From contig NW_027251311.1 of the NCBI RefSeq assembly GCF_044704955.1, positions 1 to 53,664 on the forward strand: a stretch of DNA of 53,664 nucleotides, in the 5' to 3' direction. Positions within the stretch are counted from its first letter, which is position 1. Every line of letters begins with the position of its first letter. This document shows positions 13,286-25,724 of the stretch, piece by piece. The notes under the pieces are model-generated. The model was not told the origin of the DNA and did no database searches. It saw only the letters and a list, made by a program, of their open reading frames with translations. The position numbers were made by a program, and so were the translations under genes. The stretch is from Pristiophorus japonicus. Taxonomy: Eukaryota.

Positions 13286-14146
13286 CTACAACAAAATACA
13301 AATGATAGTTACATTGTCCAATACATTGCTGATGCTGGTTTAAGAATTCTCTGGGATGACGGCGTTGTTATTCAGTAATCTACACATTTTCCTTAAATGT
13401 ATAACCAAAAAAAGTCCGATCCAATCAGTCTTGTACAGTGCGTGGAGAGAAGCATGAAGTAAAGGATATCCCCAACTTGATAAAAATGCCGTCCAGCCAC
13501 TGAGAACATGCCATAAGGAAACAGGCTGATGAAAGAGAGAGTGTTCTGGGGCCAGCAGATAAACACAGTCACAGAGGGAGCAAAGCACAGTCTGAGAGCT
13601 GATTTCCTTTCCCAGTCTTTGAGTTTCACAACTCAGGACACGATAGGACAAGTGGAGAAAGAGGTTTGAAATGTGTCAGAGCGGTGGATGTGAAAGATTG
13701 GACCAGGAAACTTGGCAGTCACTTCATTGTTTGGGTGAACAAACACTCAATATTTCCCAAACATTGCGAGACATGGGGTTAGGGAAGGTGTTGGTAACGA
13801 GTATAACCAGCCGACAAGAAAGCTTACAGTTTATTTCTCCAAAGACCAAAAGGTGTTGACTTTGTAATCTATAAACGGAGGCCTGCATTATAACAAACTG
13901 GGAGCAGCATGAACGAGCTCCAAGCAACACCATGTCACGTAGGAGTCAATAATGTGAATGGAATTCAGAGACTAGAAGAGTGTTTATCAGCAAGGTTGTG
14001 AAGGCAAGTTTTAAAGGGTTCTGAAATGATTTTAAACAAGCGATCACAGACCAATCAACTCAATGTGGAGTCAGAAACAGGCACAGCAAATGGAAAATGG
14101 GAGTGCAGGTGACCTGGCTGACACTTCCATTATTCCCAGACAAGAC

Positions 14147-14369
14147 CAGATTTACTGCTGGTCCCATACCTCCGACTACATCCTATAACTACAGGGTGAA
14201 TACCACAAACCAGGTGTGTCCAGATTTACTGCTGGTCCCATACCTACGACTACATCCTATAACTACAGGGTGAATACCACAAACCAGGTTTGTCCTGATT
14301 TACTGCTGGTCCCATACCTCCGACTACATCCTATAACTACAGGATGAATACCACAAACCAGATTTGTCC
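14147..14369. repeat. 74-bp tandem repeat, 3 copies
   Basis: Units c(a/t)gatttactgctggtcccatacc...aaccag start at 14147, 14221 and 14295. Confidence 0.92.
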
Positions 14370-14589
14370 TGCCAAGGGTGAAATTTGTAACAGTTCTGGA
14401 GAACCAACTGCTTTGTAAAAAATTGCAGATCCAAAGATATTCAATCGAACAAGCTCCATGTGAACCCATCGAGCCTGATTACTCAGTTGTGATGGCATAC
14501 ACACACTCATAGTTGTGTCCTGAATGGCACCTGGTTTGGGTGTCTGCACCTATTTGGTCACCCCCGCCCCCCGGCCCCCCCGAATGTTT

Positions 14590-16200
14590 GTGGTGGAGGA
14601 GTGGCGAGAGATTGTGGCCACACGGACCAGCCCACACTGCGATATGTGCATGTATTAGGTCGGTGCAGCAGAGCAGGTCTCCAGTCGTCCTGGTTAACTC
14701 TTGCCACTGGATAAAGGCCGAGCTCTGTTAAGCCCGTGTGGTGGCTGATGTGCAACGGCCACCACACGTTAAACAAATCCACGCACTGACATTTTCCACC
14801 CCTTCAGTTGAAGTTCAGGACTGGAACATCGGGTCCTTCATTGAAACACCTGTGGACCCATGTGGAAACATAGAAACATAGAAAATAGGTGCAAGAGTAG
14901 GCCATTCGGCCCTTCGAGCCTGCACCACCATTCAATAAGATCATGGCTGAACATTCCCTCAGTAACCCTTTCCTGCTTTCTCTCCATACCCCTTGATCCC
15001 TTTAGCTGTAAGGGCCATATTTAACTCCCTCTTGAGTATATCCAATGAACTGGCATCAACAAAACTCTGCGGTAGGGAATTCCACAGCTTAACAACTCTC
15101 TGAGTGAAGAAGTTTCTCCTTATCTCAGTCCTAAATGGCCTACCCCTTATCCTAAGACTGTGTCCCTTGATTCTGGACTTCCCCATCATCGGGAACATTC
15201 TTCCCGCATCTAACCTGTCCAGTCCCGTCAGAATCTTGTAAGTTTCTATGAGATCCCCTCTCATCCTTCTAAACTCCAGTGTATAAAGGCCCAGTTGATC
15301 CAGTCTCTCCTCATATGTCAGTCTCGCCATCCCTGGAATCAGTCTGGTGAACCTTTGCTGCACTCCCTCAATAGCAAGAACGTCCTTCCTCAGATTAGGA
15401 GACCAAAACTGAACACAATATTCCAGGTGAGGCATCACCAAGGCCCTGTACAACTGCAGTAAGACTTCCCTGCTCTATAAATCAAATCCCCTAGCTATGA
15501 AGGCCAACATACCATTTGCCTTCTTCACCACCTGCTGAACCTGAATGCCAACTTTCAATGACTGATGAACCATGACACCCAGGTCTCATTGCACCTCCCC
15601 CTTTCCTAATCTGCCACCATTCAGATAATATTCTGCCTTCGTGTTTTTGCCCCCAAAGTGGATAACCTCACATTTATCCACATTATACTGCATCTGCCAA
15701 GCATTTGCCCACTCACCTAACCTGTCTAAGTCACCCTGCAGCCTCTTAGCCTCCCCTCCACAGCTCACATCGCCACCCAGCTTAATGTCATCTGCAAACT
15801 TGGAGATATTACACTCAATTCCTTCATCTAAATCATTACTGTGTATTGTAAATAGCTGTGGTCCCAGCACTGAGCCCTGCGGCACTCCACTAGTCACTGC
15901 CTGCCATTCTGAAAAGGACCCGTTTATCCCAACTCTGCTTCCTGTCTTCCAACCAGTTCTCTATCCACGTCAGTACATTACCCCCAATACCATGTACTTT
16001 AATTTTTCACACCAATCTCTCGTGTGGGACCTCTTTCAAAACCCTTTGAAAGTCCAAATACACCACAGCCACTGGTTCTCCCTTGTCCACTCTACTAGTT
16101 GCATCCTCAAAAAATTCCAGAAGATTTGTCAATCCTCATTCTCATTCTCATTCTCATTGTCAAGTCATCCTCATTCGAGAGAGCGCCTGTGATTTGATTT
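14590..16200 (+). mobile_element. Short non-autonomous RTE-related element, split by a CR1 insertion (pieces ~14590-14866 and ~16158-16200)
   Basis: Reverse-complement homology to 22830-23195, and an RTE-like 3' end (caagtcatcctc...gcctgtga) resuming after the CR1. Confidence 0.6.
14866..16130 (-). mobile_element. 5'-truncated CR1 LINE (RT and 3' UTR)
   Basis: Peptides TSGVPQGSVLGPQLF, KFADD and YRALVMPHLEYCVQFWSP, with an (AGAAACAT)n tail at ~14866-14885. Confidence 0.92.
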
Positions 16201-17214
16201 GGACTCAGTTGCCAACCATCGGTGCTTTGCAGGGGCAGACAATGTTTTGGGGTTTTGGGGTCCCAGTCAGCGTGTTAGTGTATCAGAACAAAAATCGTCA
16301 CAGTCAGGCCCCATAGTGCCCCCCAGTCCTGCTCTCTCCTCTCAGCACTCTCTCAGTGCTAATGGCCAGGATATCTGTCTCAGTGCTAATGGCCAGGATA
16401 TCTGTCTCAGTGTGGGCAGATACTCACATTCTGATGAAAGACAGCAGTGCAGGCCATTAGTGATGCATCTGTCCAGTGCATTCATTGGCAAACACAGGGA
16501 GAAGCGGGGGAGGGGGGAATAAATGGTCAGGGAAACAAAATGGATAGCGAGAGCAGGCAGGAAAATGGATGTCAAGGAGAGATGAGAGAATGGATGGCAG
16601 TGGAAGAGGGAGAAAAGAATGGGAGGCTGTTAGAGGGAGGGGACAATGGACAGCAGCAGGAAGTTGAGGGAAATGGATAGCAGTGTCGGGAGGGAGGGCG
16701 TGGATGGTAGTGGGAAGGACAGTAGCAGGAATGAATGGCAGAATGCATGGCAGTGAAGCAGGAGTAAGTGCCTGGCATGGAAAGGTGGGATGACGTGATT
16801 GGCTGTGGCAGTGGGAAGACAGAGAAGATTGAAGCGAATCCCAAAGAGTAGGTCCCATGCGGCAGAAAGATTTATTACCAATGGGCGGACACGGGAATTA
16901 GGTGCTCGACAGGCCAGAGCCAGGAGAATGGAGTCATGAGGTGGAGGATTGTAGAGTTGGGATTGGACGATGGGAATTCAGCAGATTTGCTGATCAAAGG
17001 CCTGACAAGCTACTGCCCACTAAGCTATCACTCGTTCAAACTTGGAGTTTGTGTCCACGCGTCTCATCAGCTGCCAGTGTGTGATAAGTAGAATGGGGGC
17101 AGAAGCAAAAGATAGAAAGAAGAAAAGTAAAAGTGGAGGGCAGAGAAACCCAAGGCAAAAAACAAAAAGGGCCACATTGCAGCAAAATTCCAAAGGGGCA
17201 AAGTGTGTTGGAAA

Positions 17215-17380
17215 GAAATATAGAAACATAGAAAATAGGTGCAGGTGCAGGCCATTCAGACCTTCGAGCCTGCACCGCCATTCAATGAGTTCATGGCTGA
17301 ACATGCAACTTCAGTACCCCATTCTTGCTCTCTCACCATACCCCTTGATCCGCCTAGTAGTAAGGACTACATCTAACTCC
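17215..17380 (-). mobile_element. CR1 3' UTR and tail fragment
   Basis: agaaacatagaaaataggtgcagg...gccattc...cttcgagcctgcacc, the same tail family as at 14866 and 23200. Confidence 0.8.
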
Positions 17381-18960
17381 TGAAAGCTCTGTGCCTCAAT
17401 TCGAGGAGTATTCGTAATAAGGTGGACGAATTAACTGCGCAGATAGCAGTTAACGGGTATGATGTAATTGGCATCACGGAGACATGGCTCCAGGGTGACC
17501 AAGGCTGGGAACTCAATGTCCAGGGGTATTCAACATTCAGGAAGGATTGACAGAAAGGAAAAGGAGGCAGGGTGGCATTGCTGGTTAAAGAGGAAATTAA
17601 TGCAATAGTAAGAAAGGACATTAGCTTGGATGATGTGGAATCAGTATGGGTGGAGCTGCGGAATACCAAAGGGCAGAAAACACGAGTGGGAGTTGTGTAC
17701 AGACCACCAAACAGTAGTTGTGAGGTTGGGGACGGCATCAAACAAGAAATAAGGGATGCATGCAACAAAGGTACAGCAGTTATCATGGGTGACTTTAATC
17801 TACATATTGATTGGGCTAACCAAACTGGAAGCAATGCGGTGGAGGAGGATTTCCTGGAGTGTATTAGGAATGGTTTTCCAGACCAATATGTCGAGGGAGC
17901 TGGCCATCCTAGACTGGGTGATGTGTAATGAGAAAGGACTAATTAGCAATCTTGTTGTGCGAGGCCCCTTGGGGAAGAGTGACCATAACATGGTAGAATT
18001 CTTTATTAGGATGGAGAGTGACACAGTTAATTCAGAAACTAGGAACCTGAACTTAAGGAAAAGTAACTTCGATGGTATGAGAGGTGAATTGGCTAGAATA
18101 GACTGGCAAATGATACTTAAAGGGTTGACGGTGGATAGGCAATGGCAAACATTTAAAGATCACATGGATGAACTTCAGCAATTGTACATCCCTGTCTGGA
18201 GTAAAAATAAAATGGGGAAGGTAGCTCAACCGTGGCTAACAAGGGAAATTAAGGAAAGTGTTAAATCCAAGGAAGAGGCATATAAATTGGCCAGAAAAAG
18301 CAGCAAACCTGAGGATTGGGAGAAATTTAGAATTCAGCAGAGGAGGACAAAGGGTTTAATTAAGAGGGGGAAGAGAGAATACGAGAAGAAGCTTGCCGGG
18401 AACATAAAAACTGACTGCAAAAGCTTCTATCGATATGTGAAGAGAAAAAGATTAGTGAAGAAAAATGTAGATCCCTTGCAGTCTGATTCAGGTGAATTTA
18501 TAATGGGGAACAAAGAAATGGCAGATCAATTGAACAAATACTTTAGTTCTGTCTTCACTAAGGAAGACACAAATAACCTTCCGAAAGTACTAGGGGACCG
18601 AGGGTCTAGTGAGAAGGAGGCATTGAAGGATATCCTTATTAGGCGGGAAATTGTGTTCTGGAAATTGATGGGATTGAAGGCTGATAAATCCCCGGGGCCT
18701 GATAGTCTGCATCCCAGAGTCTTTAAGGAAGTGGCCCTAGAAATAGTGGATGCATTGGTGATCATTTTCCAACAGTCTATCGACTCGGGATCAGTTCCTA
18801 TGGATTGGAGGGTATCTAATGTAACACCAGTTTTTAAAAAAGGAGGGAGAGAGAAAACGGGTAATTATAGACCGGTTAGCCTGACATCAGAAGTGGGGAA
18901 AATGTTGGAATCAATCATTAATGATGAAATAGCAGCACATTTGGAAAGCAGTGACAGGAT
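17381..18960 (+). mobile_element. CR1 ORF2 N-terminal part (AP endonuclease, linker, start of RT)
   Basis: Peptides VIGITETWL, VGVVYRPPNS, IMGDFNLHIDW, LGKSDHN, KSPGPD and GNYRPVSLTS. Confidence 0.9.
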
Positions 18961-20325
18961 CCCCCAGAACTGGTACCAATGTCCCAGGAATTTGAATCCC
19001 TCCCTCTTGCACCACTCCTCAAGCCACGTATTCATCTGAGCTATCCTGCGATTCTTACTCTGACTATCACGTGGCACTGGTAGCAATCCTGAGATTACTA
19101 CTTTTGAGGTCCTACTTTTTAATTTCGCTCCTAGCTCCCTAAATTCGTCTCGTAGGACCTCATCCTGTTTTTTTACCTATATCGTTGGTACCTATATGCA
19201 CCACGACAACTGGCTGTTCACCCTCCCTTTTCAGAATGTCCTGCAGCTGCTCTGAGACATCCTTGACCCTTGCACCAGGGAGGCAACATACCATCCTGGA
19301 GTCTTGGTTGCGGCCGCAGAAACGCCTATCTATTCCCCTGCAATCGAATCCCCTATCACTATCGCTCTCCCACTCTTTTTCCTGCCCTCCTGTGCAGCAG
19401 AGCCACCCACAGTGCCATGATTTTGGCTGCTGCTGCCCTCCCCTGATGAGTCATTCCCCTCAACAGTACCTATAGCGGTGTATCTGTTTTGCAGGGGGAT
19501 GACCGCAGGGGACCCCTGCACTACCTTCCTTGCACTGCTCTTCCTGTTGGTCACCCATCCCCTATCTGGCTGAGTACCCTTTACCTGCGGTAAGACCAAC
19601 TCGCTACACGTGCTATTCACATCATTCTCAGCATCGTGGATGCTCCAGAGTGAATCCACCCACAGCTACAGTGCCACAATGCGGTCCGTCAGGAGCTGGA
19701 GGCGGATACACTTCCCGCACACGTAGTCGTCAGGGACACCGGAAGTGTCCCTGACTTCCCACATAGTACAGGAGGAGCATAACACGTGTCCCAGCTCTCC
19801 TGCCATGACTTGACCCTTAGATTAACTTAATTTGGCAACAGCAATGCTAAATGTTACTTACTGATAAAGAAAGAAAAAGAAAAACTATTTACCAATCACT
19901 TACCCCCTTGGCTGTGACGTCACCTTTCGATTTCTTTCTACTTCTTTTTGCCTGCCTGCTGCACCTGCCCCGACTCCTCGACACTCGAACTCCCGAGCCT
20001 CCCGACTCCTCGACACTCGAACTCCCGAGCCTCCCGACTCCTCGACACTCGAACTCCCGAGCCTCCCGACTCCTCGACACTCGAACTCCCGAGCCTCCCG
20101 ACTCCTCGACACTCGAACTCCCGAGCCTCCCGACTCCTCGACACTCGAACTCCCGAGCCTCCCGACTCCTCGGCCTTTTGTAGACCATCTCGATCTCCCC
20201 GCTCCGCCTCCTCGAACTCCCGAGCCTCCCGACTCTTGGGCCTTTTGTAGGCCACCTCGATCTCCCCACTCCATGTCCTCGAACTCCCGAGCCTCCCGAC
20301 TCCTGTGCCTTTTGTAGGCTGCCTC
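18961..20325 (-). mobile_element. CR1 5' UTR and ORF1 (Cys-rich N-terminus plus SGNH esterase), inverted relative to flanking ORF2 pieces
   Basis: Minus-strand AIVIGDSI (GDSL-like) and LPVPR...MNTWLEEWCKREGFKFLGHW match the esterase-type CR1 ORF1. Confidence 0.8.
19970..20172. repeat. 32-bp CpG-rich tandem repeat (~6 copies, variants to ~20325) in the CR1 5' region
   Basis: Unit CCGACTCCTCGACACTCGAACTCCCGAGCCTC, period 32. Confidence 0.9.
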
Positions 20326-21895
20326 GATGGGATTGAAGGCCGATAAATCCCCTGGGCCTGATAGTCTGCATCCCAGAGTCTTTAAGGAAGTACCCGAGAA
20401 ATAGTGAATGCATTGGTGATCATTTTCCAACAGTCTATCAACTTTGGATCAGTTCCTATGGACTGGAGGGTAGCTAATGTAACACCACTTTTTAAAAAGG
20501 GAGGGAGAGAGAAAGCGGGTAATTATAGACCGGTTAGCCTGACATCAGTGGTGGGGAAAATGTTGGAATCAATTATTAAGGATGAAATAGCAGCGCATTT
20601 GGAAAGCAGCAAGAGGATCGGTCCAAGTCAGCATGGATTTATGAAAGGGAAATCATGCTTGACAAATCTTCTGGAATTTTTTGAGGATGTAACTAGTAGA
20701 GTGGATAAAGGAGAACCAGTGAATGTGGTGTATTTGGACTTTCAAAAGGCTTTTGACAAGGTCCCACACAAGAGATTGGTGTACAAAATCAAAGCACATG
20801 GTATTGGGGGTAATGCACTGTAGAGAACTGGTTGGCAGACAGTCGGGAGAAACGGGTCCTTTTCAGAATGACAGGCAGTGACTAGTGGAGTGCCGCAGGG
20901 CTCAGTGCTGGGACCCCAGCTCTTTAAAATATACATCAATGATTTGGATGAGGGAATTGAGTGTGATATCTCCAAGTTTGCAGATGACACTAAACTGGGT
21001 GGTGGTGTGAGCTGTGAGGGGGACACTAAGAGGCTGCAGGGTGACTTCGACACATTAGGTGAGTGGGCAAATGCATTACAAATGCAGTATAATGTGGATA
21101 AATGTGAGGTTATCCACTTTGGGGGCAATAAGGTGAAGACAGAATATTATCTGAATGGTGGCAGATTCGGAAAAGGGGAGGTGCAACGAGACAGGTTCAT
21201 CAGTCATTGAAAGTTGGAATGCAGGTACAGCAGGCGGTGAAGAAGGCAAATGGTATGTTGGCCTTCATAGCTAGGGTATTTGAGTATCGGAGCAGGGAGG
21301 TCTTACTGCAGTTGTACAGGGCCTTAGTGAGGCCTCACCTGGAATATTATGTTCAATTTTGGTCTCCTAATCTGAGGAAGGACGTTCTCACTATTGAGGG
21401 AGTGCTGCGAAAGTTCACCAGACTGATTCCCGGGATGGCCGGACTGACATATGAGGAGAGACTGGATCAACTGGGCCTTTATACATTGGAGTTTAAAAGG
21501 ATGAGAGGGGATCCCATAGAAACATACAAGATTCTGACGGGACTCGACAGGTTAGATGCGGGTAGATTGTTCCCGATGTTGGGGAAGTCCAGAACCAGGG
21601 GACACAGTCTTAGGATAAGGGGTAGGTCATTTAGGATTGCGATGAGGAGAAACTTCTTCACTCAGAGAGTTGTTAACCTGTGGAATTCCCTGCCGCAGAG
21701 AGTTGTTGATGTCAGTTCATTGGATATATTCAAGAGGGAGTTAGATATGGCCCTTACGGCTAAGGGGATCAAGGGGTATGGAGAGAAAGCAGGAAAAGGG
21801 TACAGAGGGAATGATCAGCCATGATCTTATTGAATGGTGGTGCAGGCTCGAAGGGCCGAATGGCCTACTCCTGCACCTATTTTCTATGTTCCGAT
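20326..21895 (+). mobile_element. 5'-truncated CR1 LINE (RT and 3' UTR)
   Basis: Peptides QHGFMKGKSCLTNL, YLDFQKAFDKVPH, GVPQGSVLGP and KFADDTKL, with the 3' end ctcctgcacctattttctatgtt. Confidence 0.93.
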
Positions 21896-22124
21896 GTTTC
21901 GAAGTGTCTCAGAGTCCAGCTGTATCAAAATACATTTGCGCAGGACAAGGACATTCATCTTAACTGCCAATATTCAGATGGTCTACAGGGCCACGAGGGA
22001 AAATAATGCAGAAATAACTGGTAACAGTGGTGTCGAAAGACACAAACACACCATCAGATCTGTCACATCACACAGATACTTCTCGTTACAGAAAGCAATA
22101 TCCTCGAAAACCAACGGAACTCAC

Positions 22125-22198
22125 CTGTGTGTCTCCTGCAGAAAAAACATTTTCATAATCAGCAGTTGTGTTCTGATCAGCAGCAGTTCCCGATGGTG
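22125..22198 (-). CDS. Receptor cytoplasmic exon 1 (YENV motif)
   Basis: Acceptor tttattttacag|CA and donor CAG|gtgagt; 74 nt, phase 1 to 0. Translation: APSGTAADQNTTADYENVFSAGDTQ. Confidence 0.85.
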
Positions 22199-22364
22199 CT
22201 GTAAAATAAAGGATAAAATATCACCAACATTAACTACAATGATATTAATAATATCTTGCTGCCGACAGTAATATTTTATATATTATCAAAACAGGTTCTT
22301 CAACAAATATCTTATTAACTATATACAGCAATCGAGACAAACTGAATTATTTAGTCACACATAC

Positions 22365-22484
22365 CGGACTGTTTTTTTCCAAAAAGTGTGTGTCTGATGA
22401 GTAAAATGCCTCCAGTAACAACAGTGACTCCCAGCACAGCACCCAGAATGATCCAGACCAGGCTTGACTTCACAACTTTTGTTT
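22365..22484 (-). CDS. Receptor transmembrane exon
   Basis: Acceptor tttcctttcacag|AA and donor TCCG|gtatgt; 120 nt, phase 1/1, in frame with V3. Translation: ETKVVKSSLVWIILGAVLGVTVVTGGILLIRHTLFGKKQS. A ~22 aa hydrophobic stretch followed by basic stop-transfer residues. Confidence 0.9.
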
Positions 22485-22829
22485 CTGTGAAAGGAAATCA
22501 CATGTTTAAGGCAGAAGCCCCGGGGAAGACATCAGATTCTCGTCAGTCAGTGAAGTGTGAAATGGTACCACTGGGAAAATCAAATCCCGGTGGAATTCAG
22601 ATAGAGCGGGGCACCCGACATGATGGAAAGTTGGAGGGATAATGTTAGTTTAAACATAGAGCAGCTTGATTTATCTGTAATGTGGGCTGTCAGTCAGTCC
22701 TAGTATCACACACTGACTACTTGCTGTGCTATCGAGCTGGCTTGGCAAAAGGAAGCAGAACTGTTGGTCAATGTAGAAAAGCTCCACTGATGGAGGGAAA
22801 GTGACGAGCAGAGTCCCAGTGGGTGCCCT

Positions 22830-23195
22830 TCTGTCTTCTTCTGAGGCGATCCCTTGTATCGAGGATGACTTGCTTCCACACCAAAAAGGGATGAGTTCAC
22901 AGGTGTTTCAATGAAGGACCTAGTATTCCAGATCCCGAACTACCTATTGAAAGGTGGAAGATGCCTGTGCGTGGATTTTTTTAATGTGTAGTGGCCATTG
23001 CACACCAGCCACCACACGGGCTTGACAGAGCTAGGTCTTGGTCCAGTGGTAAGGATTAACCAAGACAACTGGAGACCAGCTATGTTGCACGGACCTTGTG
23101 CGCACATGTATTGCAGTGTGGGCTGGCACATGCTGGCCCTGGGCCCTCGCCTCTTCTAGTCCCCGAACTCGCGCCTCTCCTGGGCCCCCATCATG
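22830..23195 (-). mobile_element. Short non-autonomous RTE-related element
   Basis: gaggatgacttgcttccac is the reverse complement of the RTE-type 3' end gtggaagcaagtc(a/t)tcctc also seen at 49190. The body is homologous to 14590-14866. Confidence 0.6.
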
Positions 23196-23197
23196 TC

Positions 23198-23867
23198 AAA
23201 GAAACATAGAAACATAGAAAATAGATGCAGGAGTAGGCCATTCAGCTCTTCGAACCTGCAATTCAATAAGATCATGGCTGATCATTCCCTCAGTACACCT
23301 TTCCTGCTTTCTCTCCATTCCCCTTGATCCCCTTAGCCGTAAGGGCCATATCTAATTCCCTCTTGAATATATCCAATGAACTGGCACCAACAACTCTCTG
23401 CGGCAGGGAATTCCACAGGTTAACAACTCTCTGAGTGAAGAAGTTTCTCTTCATCTCAGTCCTAAATGGCCTACCCCTTATCCTTAGTCAATGTCCCCTG
23501 GTTCTGGACTTCCCCAACATCGGGAGCATTCTTCCCGCATCTAACCTGACCAGTCCCGTCAGAATCTTATACGTTTCTATGAGATCCCCTCTCATCCTTC
23601 TAAACTCCAGTGAATAAAGACCCAGTTGATCCAGTCGCTCCTCATATGTCAGTCCAGCCATCCCTGGAATCAATCTGGTGAACCTTCGCTGCACTCCCTC
23701 AACAGCAAGAATGTCCTTCCTCAGATTAGGAGACCAAAACTGAACACAATACTCCAGGTGAGGCCTCACCAAGGCCCTGTACAACTGCAGTATGACCTTC
23801 CTGCTCCTATACTCAAATCCCCTAGCTATGAAGGCCAACATACCATTTGCCTTCTTCACTGCCTGCT
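23198..23867 (-). mobile_element. 5'-truncated CR1 LINE 3' end
   Basis: Peptides KKANGMLAFIARGFEYRS...YRALVRPHLEYCVQFWSP, with an (AGAAACAT)n tail. Confidence 0.92.
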
Positions 23868-24640
23868 TTAGCTGGGGGAGGTATGTACTTGGTCTGGGGT
23901 AAGGTACTTTGGCTGGGGGAGGGATGTACCTGGACTGGGGTAAGGTACTTTGGCTGGGGGAGGGGTGTACTTGGACTGGGGTAAGGTACTTTGGCTGGGG
24001 GAGGGGTGTACTTGGACTGGGGTAAGGTACTTTGGCTGGGGGAGGGGTGTACTTGGACCAGGGTAAGGTACGTTGGCTGGGGGAGGGGTGTACTTGGACC
24101 AGGGTAAGGTACTTTGGCTGGGGGAGGGGTGTACTTGGACCAGGGTAAGGTACTTTGGCTGGGGGAGGGGTGTACTTGGACCAGGGTAAAGTACTTTGGC
24201 TGGGGGAGGGGTGTACTTGGACTGGGGTAAGGTACTTTGGCAGGGGGAGGGATGTACCTGGACTGGGGTAAGGTACTTTGGCAGGGGGAGGGATGTACCT
24301 GGACCAGGGTAAGGTACTTTGGCTGGGGGAGGGATGTACCTGGACTGGGGTAAGGTACTTTGGCTGGGGGAGGGGTGTACTTGGACTGGGGTAAGGTACT
24401 TTGGCTGGGGGAGGGATGTACTTGGACTGGGGTAAGGTACTTTGGCTGGGGGAGGGATGTACTTGGACTGGGGTAAGGTACTTTGGCTGGGGTAGGGATG
24501 TACTTGGTCTGGGGAAAGGTACTTTGGCTGGGGAAGGGATGTACCTGGACTGGGGTAAGGTACTTTGGCTGGGGGAGGGATGTACCTGGACTGGGGTAAG
24601 GTACTTTGGCTGGGGGAGGGATATACCTGGACTGGGGTAA
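23868..24640. repeat. 41-bp minisatellite, ~19 copies
   Basis: Unit GGACTGGGGTAAGGTACTTTGGCTGGGGGAGGG(A/G)TGTAC(C/T)T. Confidence 0.93.
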
Positions 24641-25203
24641 GGCCCTTGCTGTCTTCTGGGGAGCTCTGTCCTCTGTCGCTTCAGGAAGTCAAAGTGGATC
24701 GAATTACAATTTGCAAAGTCAGTGAGACCTTGGGATGGGCGGTTCCAGTTACACATTCCAGTGAAACTTCAGGGTGTGGCTTATCCTCCACAAGGACCAA
24801 TCATTGACAAAGGGTGGAGCATGGCGGCCATTTTTCAGTACAAATATGTGTGCCCATCTCATTTCTCATGTCTGGTTTCCCTTCTCCCGTCTCTTTTGTT
24901 CTGAGTGGCCCACACCCAAAATGTCAACTCCTCCGTTTTCTCCACAAAAAACAGACTTGCCGAGACATTCCGTATGTTCTGTTGTTGTTCCAGAGTTTTG
25001 ATCCATTCTTACATTGCCACTATTCAACTCTGGCATTTCGCACATCACTAACAACATTCCCACTCTCTGTTCCACAGCACGACAGTAACCACTGTGTCTG
25101 ACGGTATATTTCCACTGGTCCACCCCACTGTGTGAAGGTTACACATGTTCCCAGTAAGGAGCTGTTACTGTGACCCTGCCAGTGTGAGTTAACATTGACT
25201 TAC

Positions 25204-25551
25204 CGGTTACATTGAGCTGGGTCCCTGCTCCATAGATGTAGCTCCACACACTGCAGCTGTAGGCAGCAGTATCACTGAGGGACACATTCACGATGGTCAG
25301 AATGTAACTGTTACTGATGATGTTCCTGGAAGGCAGAAAACGGTCGTGGATACCCCGGGACCTGGTAATGGTGCCATTCACAAACTGGCTCATCACCCAC
25401 TCGCTGTTGTTCCCGGGTCGCTGGCAGTGCCAGTGGACATCAGTGTCACTCACACTGGCATTGTACATGGCACATTGTAACTGCACGGTTTCACCCTCTG
25501 GGACCTTGCTGACTGTTGGATGCTGAACAAGGACCGGATCAGCTAATGGAT
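25204..25551 (-). CDS. Receptor exon V3: germline-encoded VJ-type Ig domain
   Basis: Acceptor tttcccacgtacag|AT and donor ACCG|gtaagt; 348 nt, phase 1/1. Translation: PLADPVLVQHPTVSKVPEGETVQLQCAMYNASVSDTDVHWHCQRPGNNSEWVMSQFVNGTITRSRGIHDRFLPSRNIISNSYILTIVNVSLSDTAAYSCSVWSYIYGAGTQLNVT. About 55% identical to V2 by manual count. Confidence 0.95.
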
Positions 25552-25724
25552 CTGTACGTGGGAAATATATGGAGCTTAAAACAAAGAAATATATTTCTCC
25601 AGAGTTCAAAGTTGAACAATTTATAACATTTGGAATGTTATGAGAGCACCTGATGCTTAACCCAGCAGTTTGTAAACTGAGAGCCCAGACAAAGTGGAAC
25701 TCGACATCATCAATAGTGTCTGCC

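Noticed and set aside
23488-24756. 422-aa ORF fusing Pro-rich repeats to an RT C-terminus
   Set aside because: Chance read-through from the 41-bp minisatellite into a truncated CR1.
25090-25132. Two CACAGTG heptamers on the minus strand downstream of V3 as possible RSSs
   Set aside because: No nonamer at 12 or 23 bp spacing, and they lie in the intron beyond the already complete G strand.
22485-25203. Possible Ig constant-domain exon between V3 and TM
   Set aside because: Only repeats and non-Ig ORFs were seen. No C1/C2 Cys-Trp-Cys pattern with splice sites was found by eye.
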